A DNA stretch of 24,000 nucleotides from assembly GCA_934699705.1 (NCBI GenBank), contig CAKUXD010000012.1:22683-46682 (forward strand), in the 5' to 3' direction. The first letter of the stretch is position 1, and every line of letters starts with the position of its first letter. Positions 15,294 through 22,969 of the stretch are shown here, piece by piece. A program made the position numbers and the translations under genes. The stretch is from an uncultured Candidatus Melainabacteria bacterium (GTDB lineage: Bacteria; Cyanobacteriota; Vampirovibrionia; Gastranaerophilales; Gastranaerophilaceae). Under the pieces are notes generated by a model that was not told where the DNA came from, searched no databases, and saw nothing but the letters and a program-made list of their open reading frames with translations.

Positions 15294-15453
15294 GTTTAAT
15301 TTTGTATCTTACTATTAAAGTACATTTGATTTATAAAGGTAATCTGCTTTAACGAGTAGCACATTTTGATTAAAGGACTTCAAAGAGGTAAAAAGAAAAG
15401 TTCAAATTCATAATAAATTTAAACCTTCCTTTTTTCTTCTTTTAAAAATAAAC

Positions 15454-16989
15454 CTATCCTAAAATTGCTTTTAAATCCTCTTTTGCAGTTGTAATCGGTT
15501 TTATCTTGAATTTATCAACCAATATATTTAACACATTAGCTGAAACGAATGCAGGTAATGTTGGTCCTAGTCTTATATTTTCAATTCCTAAATATAACAA
15601 CGTTAATAAAACACAAACTGCTTTTTGCTCGTACCAAGATAAAATTAAAGATAATGGTAATTCGTTTACAGAACAATTAAATGCTTTTGATAATTCAACA
15701 GCAACCTTTATTGCAGAATAAGCATCGTTACATTGTCCCATATCTAAAAGTCTAGGGATTCCATTTATTTCGCCTAAATCTAAATCGTTAAATCTATATT
15801 TTCCGCAAGCTAATGTTAAAATAAGTGTGTTTTTCGGTGTTTCTTTTACAAATTCTGTATAATAGTTACGACCTGTTTTTGCTCCATCACAACCACCAAC
15901 TAAGAAAATATGTTTCAATTCACCAGATTTTACTGCATCTATAACTTTATCTGCTACCGATAAAACTGTATTATGGCCAAATCCAACAGTTAATGTATTT
16001 CCTCCATTAATTCCTGTATTTTTTTGTGTTTCCTTGTAACCACCTAATTTCAAGGATTTTTCTATAATGATTGAAAAATCTTTATCTTCGCCGATATGTT
16101 CCATTTCTGGATATCTTACAACTGAGGTTGTAAAGACTCTATCTTTATAACTGTCTTTTACTGGCATAATACAGTTTGTTGTGAATAAAATTGGCGCTGG
16201 AATATTTTCAAATTCTTTTTGTTGATTTTGCCAGGCTGTTCCAAAATTACCTTTCAAATGTGGGTATTTTTTTAATTCTGGGTATGCATGACAAGGTAAC
16301 ATTTCTCCATGTGTATAAATATTTATTCCTTTATCTTTTGTCTGTTCTAGTAACAAAGCTAAATCATGTAAGTCATGTCCTGTTATAACAATAAAAGGTC
16401 CTGCTTCAATTTCTGTTGAAACTTTTGTTGGTACAGGATTTCCATAAGTTTCAGTGTTAGCTTTATCTAAAAGCTCCATACATTTCAAATTAATTTCACC
16501 TGTTTTTAAAACAAGTTGTAAAAGTTCGTCTGTTGATAAATCTTTTGAAATACCTTGCAAGGCTTCAAAAAAGAATTTATCTACTATTTCATCTGTATAA
16601 TTCAAAGCCCTTGCGTGATGAGCATAAGCAGCAGTACCTTTTAAACCAAATAAAATTAATGATTTTAAGCTTCTGATATCTTCATTACATTCCCATACTT
16701 CTTTAATATCAAAGTGATTTTTACAAGTATTTTTTTCTGATAATTCATTTATCAAATTCTTTATAGACTTATTATCAAAATTTACGTTAGTAATAGTTGT
16801 AAACAATGCGTTTACAATTAATTCTGTATTATCTTTTGAATAATCAACACAATTTGCAAATTCGATAGTTTTATTTGTTAATTCATCTTGAAGATTTGCA
16901 GTATCAAAAGTTTTTCCGCAAACACCTTGTATTGTACAACCTTCACCTTTAGCTGTCTGCTCGCATTGAAAACAAAACATTTTATTCAT
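15454..16989 (-). CDS. hcp: Hybrid-cluster protein / hydroxylamine reductase
   Basis: N-terminal Cys-x2-Cys-x8-Cys-x5-Cys (FCFQCEQTAKGEGCTIQGVCGK), plus ITGHDLHDL, TNCIMP, LVGGCDG, GQCNDAYSAI motifs. GGAG 8 nt upstream of ATG 16989. Confidence 0.93.
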   Translation of the reverse strand: MNKMFCFQCEQTAKGEGCTIQGVCGKTFDTANLQDELTNKTIEFANCVDYSKDNTELIVNALFTTITNVNFDNKSIKNLINELSEKNTCKNHFDIKEVWECNEDIRSLKSLILFGLKGTAAYAHHARALNYTDEIVDKFFFEALQGISKDLSTDELLQLVLKTGEINLKCMELLDKANTETYGNPVPTKVSTEIEAGPFIVITGHDLHDLALLLEQTKDKGINIYTHGEMLPCHAYPELKKYPHLKGNFGTAWQNQQKEFENIPAPILFTTNCIMPVKDSYKDRVFTTSVVRYPEMEHIGEDKDFSIIIEKSLKLGGYKETQKNTGINGGNTLTVGFGHNTVLSVADKVIDAVKSGELKHIFLVGGCDGAKTGRNYYTEFVKETPKNTLILTLACGKYRFNDLDLGEINGIPRLLDMGQCNDAYSAIKVAVELSKAFNCSVNELPLSLILSWYEQKAVCVLLTLLYLGIENIRLGPTLPAFVSANVLNILVDKFKIKPITTAKEDLKAILG

Positions 16990-17073
16990 CTTTAATTCTC
17001 CTTTACTTTTACCTATATTTAATTTATATTACTTTAACAAACAAATATGTTGGAAATCCCACAGAAAGGTAAA

Positions 17074-17730
17074 ATGGAAGAACTAATTAAGAATTTAGAA
17101 GAGTGTATTTTGTTTAAGAATATAGAAAATTCTCAAATTTTGCCCTTGTTAAACTGTTTAGAATATAAAATTAAGGAATATAAAAAAAATCAATTAGTTT
17201 TTCAAAATGGCTGTAAAACTAACAAAGGCGGAATTGTATTAAATGGAGCATTGCAAATTGTTCAATATGATTACTTTGGCAATCGTTCAATTTTATCAAG
17301 AATTGAAGAAAATCAACTATTTGGAATTTCCTACTCTTTATGTAATTTAGCATTACCAATATGCATTGAAGCTTCAACAGAAAGTGTGATTTTATTTATA
17401 AATGCAAATAAAATTACAACTCCTTGCAAAAAATTATGTCAAAATCACATAGTTTTAATGAATAATCTTTTAAACATTTTAGCAAGAAAAAATGTAAATC
17501 TTAATCAAAAAATAGAATGTTTATCTAAAAGAACAACAAGAGAAAAAATTCTAAATTATCTTACACAAAAATCAATTGAAAATAATTCAAAAACTTTTAA
17601 TATCCCCCATGATAGGCAAGGTTTGGCAGATTATTTATGCGTGGAAAGATCGGCGATGTCTGCTGAAATCACTAAACTTCAAAAAGAGGGGCTTATAAAG
17701 ACTAGAAAAAATTATTTTGAAATTTACTAA
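17074..17730 (+). CDS. Crp/Fnr-family transcriptional regulator, divergent from hcp (HcpR-like by context)
   Basis: N-terminal cNMP-binding-like beta-roll (LFKNIENSQILPLL...GGIVLNGALQIV..DYFGNRSIL) and C-terminal HTH (RQGLADYLCVERSAMSAEITKLQKEGLI). ATG 17074 is preferred (GAAAGG upstream) over ATG 17047, which has no SD. The HcpR role is inferred only from adjacency. Confidence 0.8.
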   Translation: MEELIKNLEECILFKNIENSQILPLLNCLEYKIKEYKKNQLVFQNGCKTNKGGIVLNGALQIVQYDYFGNRSILSRIEENQLFGISYSLCNLALPICIEASTESVILFINANKITTPCKKLCQNHIVLMNNLLNILARKNVNLNQKIECLSKRTTREKILNYLTQKSIENNSKTFNIPHDRQGLADYLCVERSAMSAEITKLQKEGLIKTRKNYFEIY

Positions 17731-17810
17731 ATTATATTTTATAAATAGACCATACATTGGAATATCTAGTGTTGTGCTTGTCTTGTTAACTATAAAATAT
17801 AAGTTTTCTG

Positions 17811-17819
17811 TGTTATAAT
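17811..17819 (+). promoter_or_regulatory. Candidate extended -10 promoter element upstream of the glycosyltransferase-like gene
   Basis: TGTTATAAT (TG-n-TATAAT) at 17811-17819, 20 nt upstream of the ATG and before the GAAGG SD. Sequence-only prediction in AT-rich DNA. Confidence 0.3.
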
Positions 17820-17839
17820 TTTTATAGTGAAGGTATTGT

Positions 17840-18808
17840 ATGTCTTTTTTTATACAAAAAAATATTAAAAATTTAAAATACAAGTTTATAAAATTTTATG
17901 CTTATAAAAGTGTTAAATTAAGATCTTTTTTGCTTAAATTAAAAGGTGAAAAAAGACTTGCAGAACGTTATAAGTCGTATTCTCATGAAAAATTATGTTC
18001 ATACAAATTAAAAAATACAAAATGGGGCTGTTCTTATTCTGTTTTTGATGGTGTAGAACTCTTAGAACGCAGTCTAAAATCAATTCGTGGGGCTTGTAAT
18101 TATATCAATGTTGTATATTCTGACGTATCTTGGTATGGTAAAAAGTCAGATGAACCGATATTACCAGTTTTAGAAGATTTAAAAGAAAAAAAATTAATTG
18201 ATGAAATTATTTTTTATGAACCAGATTTGAATTTATCAGCAGGTGAAAATGAGTTGAAAAAACGTAATTTGGGGCTGAAATATGCAAAAAAAGCAGATGT
18301 CGATTACTTTATGACTATTGATGTTGATGAATTTTATTTGCAGGAAGAAATGGAAATTGCAAAAAGAAAAATAATTGCTTTGGGTATAACTCATTCCTTC
18401 TGCAACATAATTGACTACTTTGTTTTGCCTGTTTTTGCGTATAGAACATCTAAAAATTGTGTTTCTTTTTTTTCTAAGTTGAATTGGAATAGTGTTCTAA
18501 AATTAAATGAAAAAACGATTACTCTTGTTGATCCAACTCGTCAAATGAGTGATTGTTTTAAATCAAAGTATTATTTATTATTATGTGTTGAAATGCATCA
18601 TATGGCGCTTATCCGTAAAAATGTTATTTCAAAATTTAGAAATTCTTCGGCAAGCATATATTTAGAAGGATTGAATTCTCTTGATAAATTGATTAAAAAT
18701 GATTTAAAAGATGTTTTTAGGACTAATGATTTGTTTAATCTAAAAGATTTGGCTCAAAAACTTTTGCGCAAACAAACTGATACTAACTTTGATTTTGATA
18801 GTGTTTAA
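17840..18808 (+). CDS. Putative GT-A-fold glycosyltransferase (DxD-type)
   Basis: CSYSVFDGVELLERSLKSI...INVVYSD resembles a GT2-like N-terminal nucleotide-binding core; DxD-like MTIDVDEFY. GAAGG 6 nt upstream of the ATG. Family not resolved by eye. Confidence 0.5.
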   Translation: MSFFIQKNIKNLKYKFIKFYAYKSVKLRSFLLKLKGEKRLAERYKSYSHEKLCSYKLKNTKWGCSYSVFDGVELLERSLKSIRGACNYINVVYSDVSWYGKKSDEPILPVLEDLKEKKLIDEIIFYEPDLNLSAGENELKKRNLGLKYAKKADVDYFMTIDVDEFYLQEEMEIAKRKIIALGITHSFCNIIDYFVLPVFAYRTSKNCVSFFSKLNWNSVLKLNEKTITLVDPTRQMSDCFKSKYYLLLCVEMHHMALIRKNVISKFRNSSASIYLEGLNSLDKLIKNDLKDVFRTNDLFNLKDLAQKLLRKQTDTNFDFDSV

Positions 18809-18811
18809 TTG

Positions 18812-19432
18812 TTATTTCAATAAAGCTAATACTGCAAAGTAGTGTAAAATTGCGCCAACAAGTACAAATAAGTGCCAAATTGAGTGCATAAATGTAATCT
18901 TTTTTAATAAGTAAAAGATACAGCCAAAAGAAAATGCAACGCCACCTGCAAGTAAATAATATACAGATACTGGATTATACGCCCACATTCTGAACATTAA
19001 GAATAGTGATAACCAGCCCATAACTAAGTACAAGGCAGTATTTAGATATTTAAATTTAAGTGTAATACAAGAAAAGACAATACCCATAACTGCTAAATAC
19101 CAGGTCATTGCAAGTAAAGCTACTGAATGAGGAAATGGCACTACTAATAATAAAATTGGAGTGTATGTTCCTGCAATTAGTAAAAATATTGCAGAATGGT
19201 CAATTTTTCTGAAAACCTTTTTTGCGGTTTCGTTTACCATTGCATGATAACATGTGGAAGATTGGAATAATAAGAACATTGTTGCGCCATATATTGCAGT
19301 AGATGCTGTTTCTGTCGGAGTATTAGAGGTTACAACAAGGATTACTAGTCCATAAATTGATAACAAAGTTCCGATTGCGTGAGAAAAAGCGTTTGCAAAT
19401 TCTTCGAGTGGTGAATATTTAATTTCTTCCAT
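18812..19432 (-). CDS. Hemolysin-III / PAQR-family integral membrane protein
   Basis: Seven predicted TM segments with family motifs EEFANAFSHAIG, STCYHA, DHSAIFLLIAGTYTP and HLFVLVGAILHYFAV. AAGGA 8 nt upstream of the ATG. Confidence 0.88.
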   Translation of the reverse strand: MEEIKYSPLEEFANAFSHAIGTLLSIYGLVILVVTSNTPTETASTAIYGATMFLLFQSSTCYHAMVNETAKKVFRKIDHSAIFLLIAGTYTPILLLVVPFPHSVALLAMTWYLAVMGIVFSCITLKFKYLNTALYLVMGWLSLFLMFRMWAYNPVSVYYLLAGGVAFSFGCIFYLLKKITFMHSIWHLFVLVGAILHYFAVLALLK

Positions 19433-19562
19433 TATAATTTTCCTTAATTTGTTTCAACCATATTATCGTATGTTTAAAAAGTCTTGTATAGAGATTTCTA
19501 ATAAAAATTTACACTATCTGATATTTAAAAAAAGTACATCTAGTCTGAATTACAAGTTGTTT

Positions 19563-19604
19563 TTTATAAAAAAAACAGAAATTAATCAGATGATTAATTT
19601 CTGT
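19563..19604 (-). terminator. Rho-independent terminator overlapping the stop codon of the Cys-cluster gene
   Basis: Perfect 13-bp inverted repeat 19575-19587 / 19592-19604 with a 4-nt loop. On the minus strand it is followed by T8. The TAA stop (19594-19596) lies inside the stem. Confidence 0.8.
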
Positions 19605-19944
19605 GAAATAACTTTTTAAAAAAGTCTTTAACTTTTTGTTTGAAAGATTTCTTTTGCTGAACCTCAGGCTGTTCCTGAACTTGAGCTTGTTCTTCAGTTG
19701 CATACTTAGGACGCTTAAAATCTTCCCATTTCTTTTTAAGTTTTTCTTGCGGAGTTAATTTAACTTCTGGACCTAAACCTGCATATTTATCAGGTTTCCA
19801 ATCTTTTGGTGGAAGAATTCCAGCATGTTTTACAAATGCATCTGAGGTTTCTTGACCTACTATGGTCGGTTGGCAACAGTGGCAATTGCAATTGCATTGC
19901 GGTTGTTGGACTAAATTATTTTTGATTGGATTAATACCTAACAT
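19594..19944 (-). CDS. Small hypothetical protein with an N-terminal CNCNCHCC cluster and a basic amphipathic C-terminus
   Basis: 116-aa ORF with AAGGA 7 nt upstream of the ATG and its own terminator. Cys cluster encoded at 19873-19896. The C-terminus KKSFKQKVKDFFKKLF looks like an amphipathic helix. No family recognised. Confidence 0.6.
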   Translation of the reverse strand: MLGINPIKNNLVQQPQCNCNCHCCQPTIVGQETSDAFVKHAGILPPKDWKPDKYAGLGPEVKLTPQEKLKKKWEDFKRPKYATEEQAQVQEQPEVQQKKSFKQKVKDFFKKLFHRN

Positions 19945-20201
19945 TAATTTTTCCTTATTGTAATTACATTAATATAAGATTGCTCAAAATATTTTTTGCT
20001 AAATTTTCAAGGTTTGTTAAATTTTATTTACAATTTACTTCTCAATTTCGTACTGTGCTTGATTTTAAAAAATATTTATATTAAGATAATCCTTGTCAGA
20101 AAACTCACGTTGAATATGAATTTCCAATAGGCTTAAATGCTTTTATTTTGGCGTATTCAAATTAAATAGAATGTTAGAACTACTTTATAAGGAAGGTAAA
20201 A

Positions 20202-20864
20202 ATGTCAAACGAAGAAAAATTAGAACAAACTGAAGCAGTTGAAACAAACGAAACTGCTGAAGCTGTAGAAACAGAAGAAGTTGCTGAAGAAGCACACGAA
20301 GAATTTGAAGATGCAGCAAGAGAAAAAGGTGAAAGAAAACAACGTTCACGCCGTAAAAAAGTTGAAACAACAGAAGAAAAACCAGTTTCTGAATGGCAAG
20401 AACGTGTTGTACAAATCAGACGTGTAACAAAAGTTGTAAAAGGTGGTAAAAAATTAAGCTTCCGCGCAGTTGTTATCGTTGGTAATCAAAAAGGCCAAGT
20501 TGGCGTAGGTTGTGCAAAAGCAGCTGAAGTTATTATTGCTATTCAAAAAGCAATTGCTGATGGACGTAAAAACTTGATTAATGTGCCAATTTTTAAAACA
20601 ACTATTCCACACCCAATTACAGGTGAATCAGGCGCAGGTGCTGTAATGTTAAGACCAGCTTCACAAGGTACTGGTATTATTGCAGGTGGTGCAGTTCGTT
20701 CAGTATTAGAACTTGCAGGTATTGAAAATATTTTATCAAAATCTTTAGGTTCTAAATCACCATTAAACGCAGCAAACGCAACTTTGGACGCTTTACAAAA
20801 ATTAGCTCCATTTTCAGACGTTGCTAAAAAACGTGGTTTAACAGTTGCAGAATTATTAAATTAG
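20202..20864 (+). CDS. rpsE: 30S ribosomal protein S5 with an acidic N-terminal extension
   Basis: Core [35 protein letters not shown]..., [12 protein letters not shown].. GGAAGG 5 nt upstream of the ATG. 220 aa. Confidence 0.95.
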   Translation: MSNEEKLEQTEAVETNETAEAVETEEVAEEAHEEFEDAAREKGERKQRSRRKKVETTEEKPVSEWQERVVQIRRVTKVVKGGKKLSFRAVVIVGNQKGQVGVGCAKAAEVIIAIQKAIADGRKNLINVPIFKTTIPHPITGESGAGAVMLRPASQGTGIIAGGAVRSVLELAGIENILSKSLGSKSPLNAANATLDALQKLAPFSDVAKKRGLTVAELLN

Positions 20865-20917
20865 TCAACTGTCTTATTTTGTTATTACTTTGATTATTAT
20901 AAAAAGGAATTATAAAA

Positions 20918-21112
20918 ATGGCTAAAACACAAACTCAATTAGTAAAAATTAAATTAGTAGGAAGCTTAATCGGCGCATCTCCAAATCAAAGAAAGGTTGT
21001 TGCTGCATTAGGTTTGAAAAAATTAAACCAAATTGTTGAACATGCTCCAAGTGCAACAATTATGGGTATGGTAAACAAAGTTTCTCACTTAGTTAAAGTT
21101 GTAGAAGAATAA
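20918..21112 (+). CDS. rpmD: 50S ribosomal protein L30
   Basis: [47 protein letters not shown] is typical of L30. Position between rpsE and rplO. Confidence 0.9.
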   Translation: MAKTQTQLVKIKLVGSLIGASPNQRKVVAALGLKKLNQIVEHAPSATIMGMVNKVSHLVKVVEE

Positions 21113-21132
21113 TTTAGAAAGAAGGATATAAA

Positions 21133-21576
21133 ATGATTACATTAGAAGATTTAAAACCTGCTGAAGGTTCAACAAAAAAATCTAAAAGATTTGGTCGTGG
21201 TCGTGCGTCAGGTCATGGTAAAACATCTTGTCGTGGTGCAAATGGTGAAGGACAACGTGCTGGTAGAAGCTCTAAAAGAGGTTTCGAAGGTGGTCAAATG
21301 CCATCATACAGACAAATGCCTAAATTAAAAGGTTTTAAAATTATCAACAAAATAAAATATGCAGAAATCAATGTTAACGCTATTGAAAGACTTTCTTTAG
21401 AAGAAATTTCTTTAGAAACATTAAAATCTGCTAAAAAAGCTCACCCTTCAACAGAAGGTTTAAGAGTTATGGGTAATGGAGAAATCAAAAGAGCTGTTAC
21501 AGTTAAAGCATCTTATGTTACTCCATCAGCAAAAGAAAAAATTGAAGCAGCAGGCGGAAAGGTTGAATTAGTATAA
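21133..21576 (+). CDS. rplO: 50S ribosomal protein L15
   Basis: LEDLKPAEGS.K..KR.GRG.ASGHGKTS.RG..G...R.G...GFEGGQMP..R..PK.GF pattern. Synteny with rpmD and secY. Confidence 0.93.
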   Translation: MITLEDLKPAEGSTKKSKRFGRGRASGHGKTSCRGANGEGQRAGRSSKRGFEGGQMPSYRQMPKLKGFKIINKIKYAEINVNAIERLSLEEISLETLKSAKKAHPSTEGLRVMGNGEIKRAVTVKASYVTPSAKEKIEAAGGKVELV

Positions 21577-22916
21577 TGCAACAAGGTAAAATGAAAATGC
21601 CAACATCTGCAGATTTAATGTCGATGTGGAATGCTTCAGGTTTAAAAAGTAAAATTATTTTTACTGTTTTGATGATTGCGGCTTTCCGTTTTGGCGCTCA
21701 ATTGCCGATTTTTGGTATTAATAATGCGATATTTTCAAACATCGCAAGTGGAAACAACTTAATTGGATTTCTTGATTTATTTTCAGGTGGTGCATTAGGT
21801 AAGGTTTCAATCTTTGCATTAGGTATTGGACCGTTCATTACAGCGTCTATCATTATGCAATTGATGGCAGTTGTTATTCCGTCATTAGAAAAACTTCAAA
21901 AAGAAGACGGCGAAGCTGGTCGTAGAAAATTATCGCAATATACAAGAATATTTACAGTATTCCTTGCCGCATTTCAAGCTATTATATTTATGGCATATTT
22001 AAACCATCTACCAGGGTCTATTATTGCTGGTATTAATCCAATTATGTTCTATATCAGTTCAATTACTACATTAACTGCAGGTTCTGTGTTAGTTATGTGG
22101 CTTTCAGAACTTATTACAGAAAAGGGCATAGGTAATGGTGGTTCGTTAATCATTTTTGTAGGTATTATTTCTGGTATTCCTATTTATGCTTCAAGAACTG
22201 CTCAAATGGTTTCACGTGATCCGTCATTGGGATTTGGTTTATTTATGTTGTTGTTAATATTCTTTGTAACAATGGTTGTAATTGTTATTATGCAAGAAGC
22301 AATAAGAAAGGTAACTATTATTAATCCAAAACGTCAAGTTGGTAACAAAGTTTATGGTGGTGTTAACACATTCATTCCATTTAAACTTAATCCAGGTGGC
22401 GTTATGCCAATTATCTTTGCGATTGCAATTTTGTTATTTCCAACAACAGCTCTAAGTATTGTCGGTCAAGCAAATTTGCCTGCCGGTTTTATAAAGGAAT
22501 CTGTTATGTGGCTAACAAAATTCTTGAGTCCAGATGGTATTCCGTATTATGTATTATATTTCTTATTGATTTTTGGTTTAACATTTTTTTATGCATCAAT
22601 TATGCCAAATATGCAACCAAAAGATATTGCAACTAATTTAAAGAAATATGGTTCTTCAATTCCGGGAATTAAACCAGGAAAGCCAACGGCAGAGGCATTA
22701 GATAAAATTTTAAGTAAAACAACTTTTATTGGTGCACTTGCTTTGGGTATAATAGCCTTAGTCCCTTCATTTGCGTCTTATGCAACAAACATAAAAACTT
22801 TACAAGGGATTGGAGCTACATCTTTAATCATCATGGTTGGGGTTGCTCTTGATTTAATAAACCAAGTTCGCTCTCACTTGCTTGCAAGAAATTATGAATC
22901 ATTCTTGAAAGAATAG
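21576..22916 (+). CDS. secY: Preprotein translocase subunit SecY
   Basis: Ten-TM profile with FALGIGPFITASIIMQLM, WLSELITEKGIGNGGSLIIF and GGVMPIIFA motifs. The ATG overlaps the rplO stop (TAATG). An internal ATG at 21591 or 21597 could be the true start. Confidence 0.93.
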   Translation: MQQGKMKMPTSADLMSMWNASGLKSKIIFTVLMIAAFRFGAQLPIFGINNAIFSNIASGNNLIGFLDLFSGGALGKVSIFALGIGPFITASIIMQLMAVVIPSLEKLQKEDGEAGRRKLSQYTRIFTVFLAAFQAIIFMAYLNHLPGSIIAGINPIMFYISSITTLTAGSVLVMWLSELITEKGIGNGGSLIIFVGIISGIPIYASRTAQMVSRDPSLGFGLFMLLLIFFVTMVVIVIMQEAIRKVTIINPKRQVGNKVYGGVNTFIPFKLNPGGVMPIIFAIAILLFPTTALSIVGQANLPAGFIKESVMWLTKFLSPDGIPYYVLYFLLIFGLTFFYASIMPNMQPKDIATNLKKYGSSIPGIKPGKPTAEALDKILSKTTFIGALALGIIALVPSFASYATNIKTLQGIGATSLIIMVGVALDLINQVRSHLLARNYESFLKE

Positions 22917-22923
22917 TATATAA

Positions 22924-22955
22924 AGCGCGGAAAATTTTATTTTCCGCGCTTTTTT
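22924..22955 (+). terminator. Rho-independent terminator after secY
   Basis: AGCGCGGAAAAT (22924-22935) / ATTTTCCGCGCT (22939-22950), followed by T5. Confidence 0.85.
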
Positions 22956-22969
22956 AGGAAGGTTAATTA

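Larger units (their letters stand above)
14882..15296 (+). repeat. Array of tRNA-Met 3'-end copies interleaved with hairpin modules (order A-X1-B-Y-C-X2-D; 252-bp period)
   Basis: 14882-15044 and 15134-15296 align without gaps over 163 nt with 7 substitutions. The core GGTTCGATCCCGAGTCTTGCTATTTTT occurs at 14890, 15014, 15142 and 15266 (last copy has TTCAATC). Confidence 0.9.

Noticed and set aside
14882-15296. Considered whether the regularly spaced repeats after the tRNA are a CRISPR array
   Set aside because: Only four repeat copies. The repeat is the tRNA's own T-arm and acceptor end rather than a CRISPR-type repeat. Two of the three spacers are near-identical copies of each other, spacer lengths are 77-92 nt, and no cas genes or leader are in the window.
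15360-15450. Purine-rich / pyrimidine-rich imperfect pairing (GAGGTAAAAAGAAAAG versus CTTCCTTTTTTCTTC) downstream of hcp, as a possible terminator
   Set aside because: Three mismatches in 16 positions, a 23-nt loop and no clear T-run on the minus strand make it too weak to call.
16990-17073. Looked for a palindromic Crp/Fnr-type operator (TTGAT-N4-ATCAA, TGTGA-N6-TCACA or GTAAC..GTTAC types) in the hcp / Crp-Fnr divergent intergenic region
   Set aside because: No clean inverted repeat. The best candidate, TTAAC-N10-GTTGG at about 17034-17053, has wrong spacing and two mismatches. The HcpR-like role is therefore inferred from gene adjacency only.
17635-17883. 82-aa minus-strand ORF spanning the Crp/Fnr 3' end and the glycosyltransferase 5' end. 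The same reasoning covers 19509..19703, 20185..20370, 23493..23678, 15506..15721, 16191..16388, 2810..2992, 4391..4609, 5077..5259 and 5202..5435.
   Set aside because: Each overlaps a better-supported gene or an AT-rich intergenic region. They lack an SD and give low-complexity translations.
20110-20160. Possible rpsE leader stem-loop (TTGAATATG / CGTATTCAA closing stem with inner CCAA/TTGG and AGGC/GCTT pairs) as an autoregulatory site
   Set aside because: Short AT-rich stems with mismatches arise easily by chance in this composition. There is no second copy and no known motif, so it is not supported without comparative data.
15297-20201. Considered whether hcp, Crp/Fnr, glycosyltransferase, hemolysin-III and the Cys-cluster gene form a genomic island integrated at the tRNA
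   Set aside because: No integrase, excisionase, transposase or phage/plasmid gene. No further tRNA-end repeat at the far boundary near 20200. Composition looks like the rest of the window. The tRNA-end repeats all lie within 460 bp of the tRNA.
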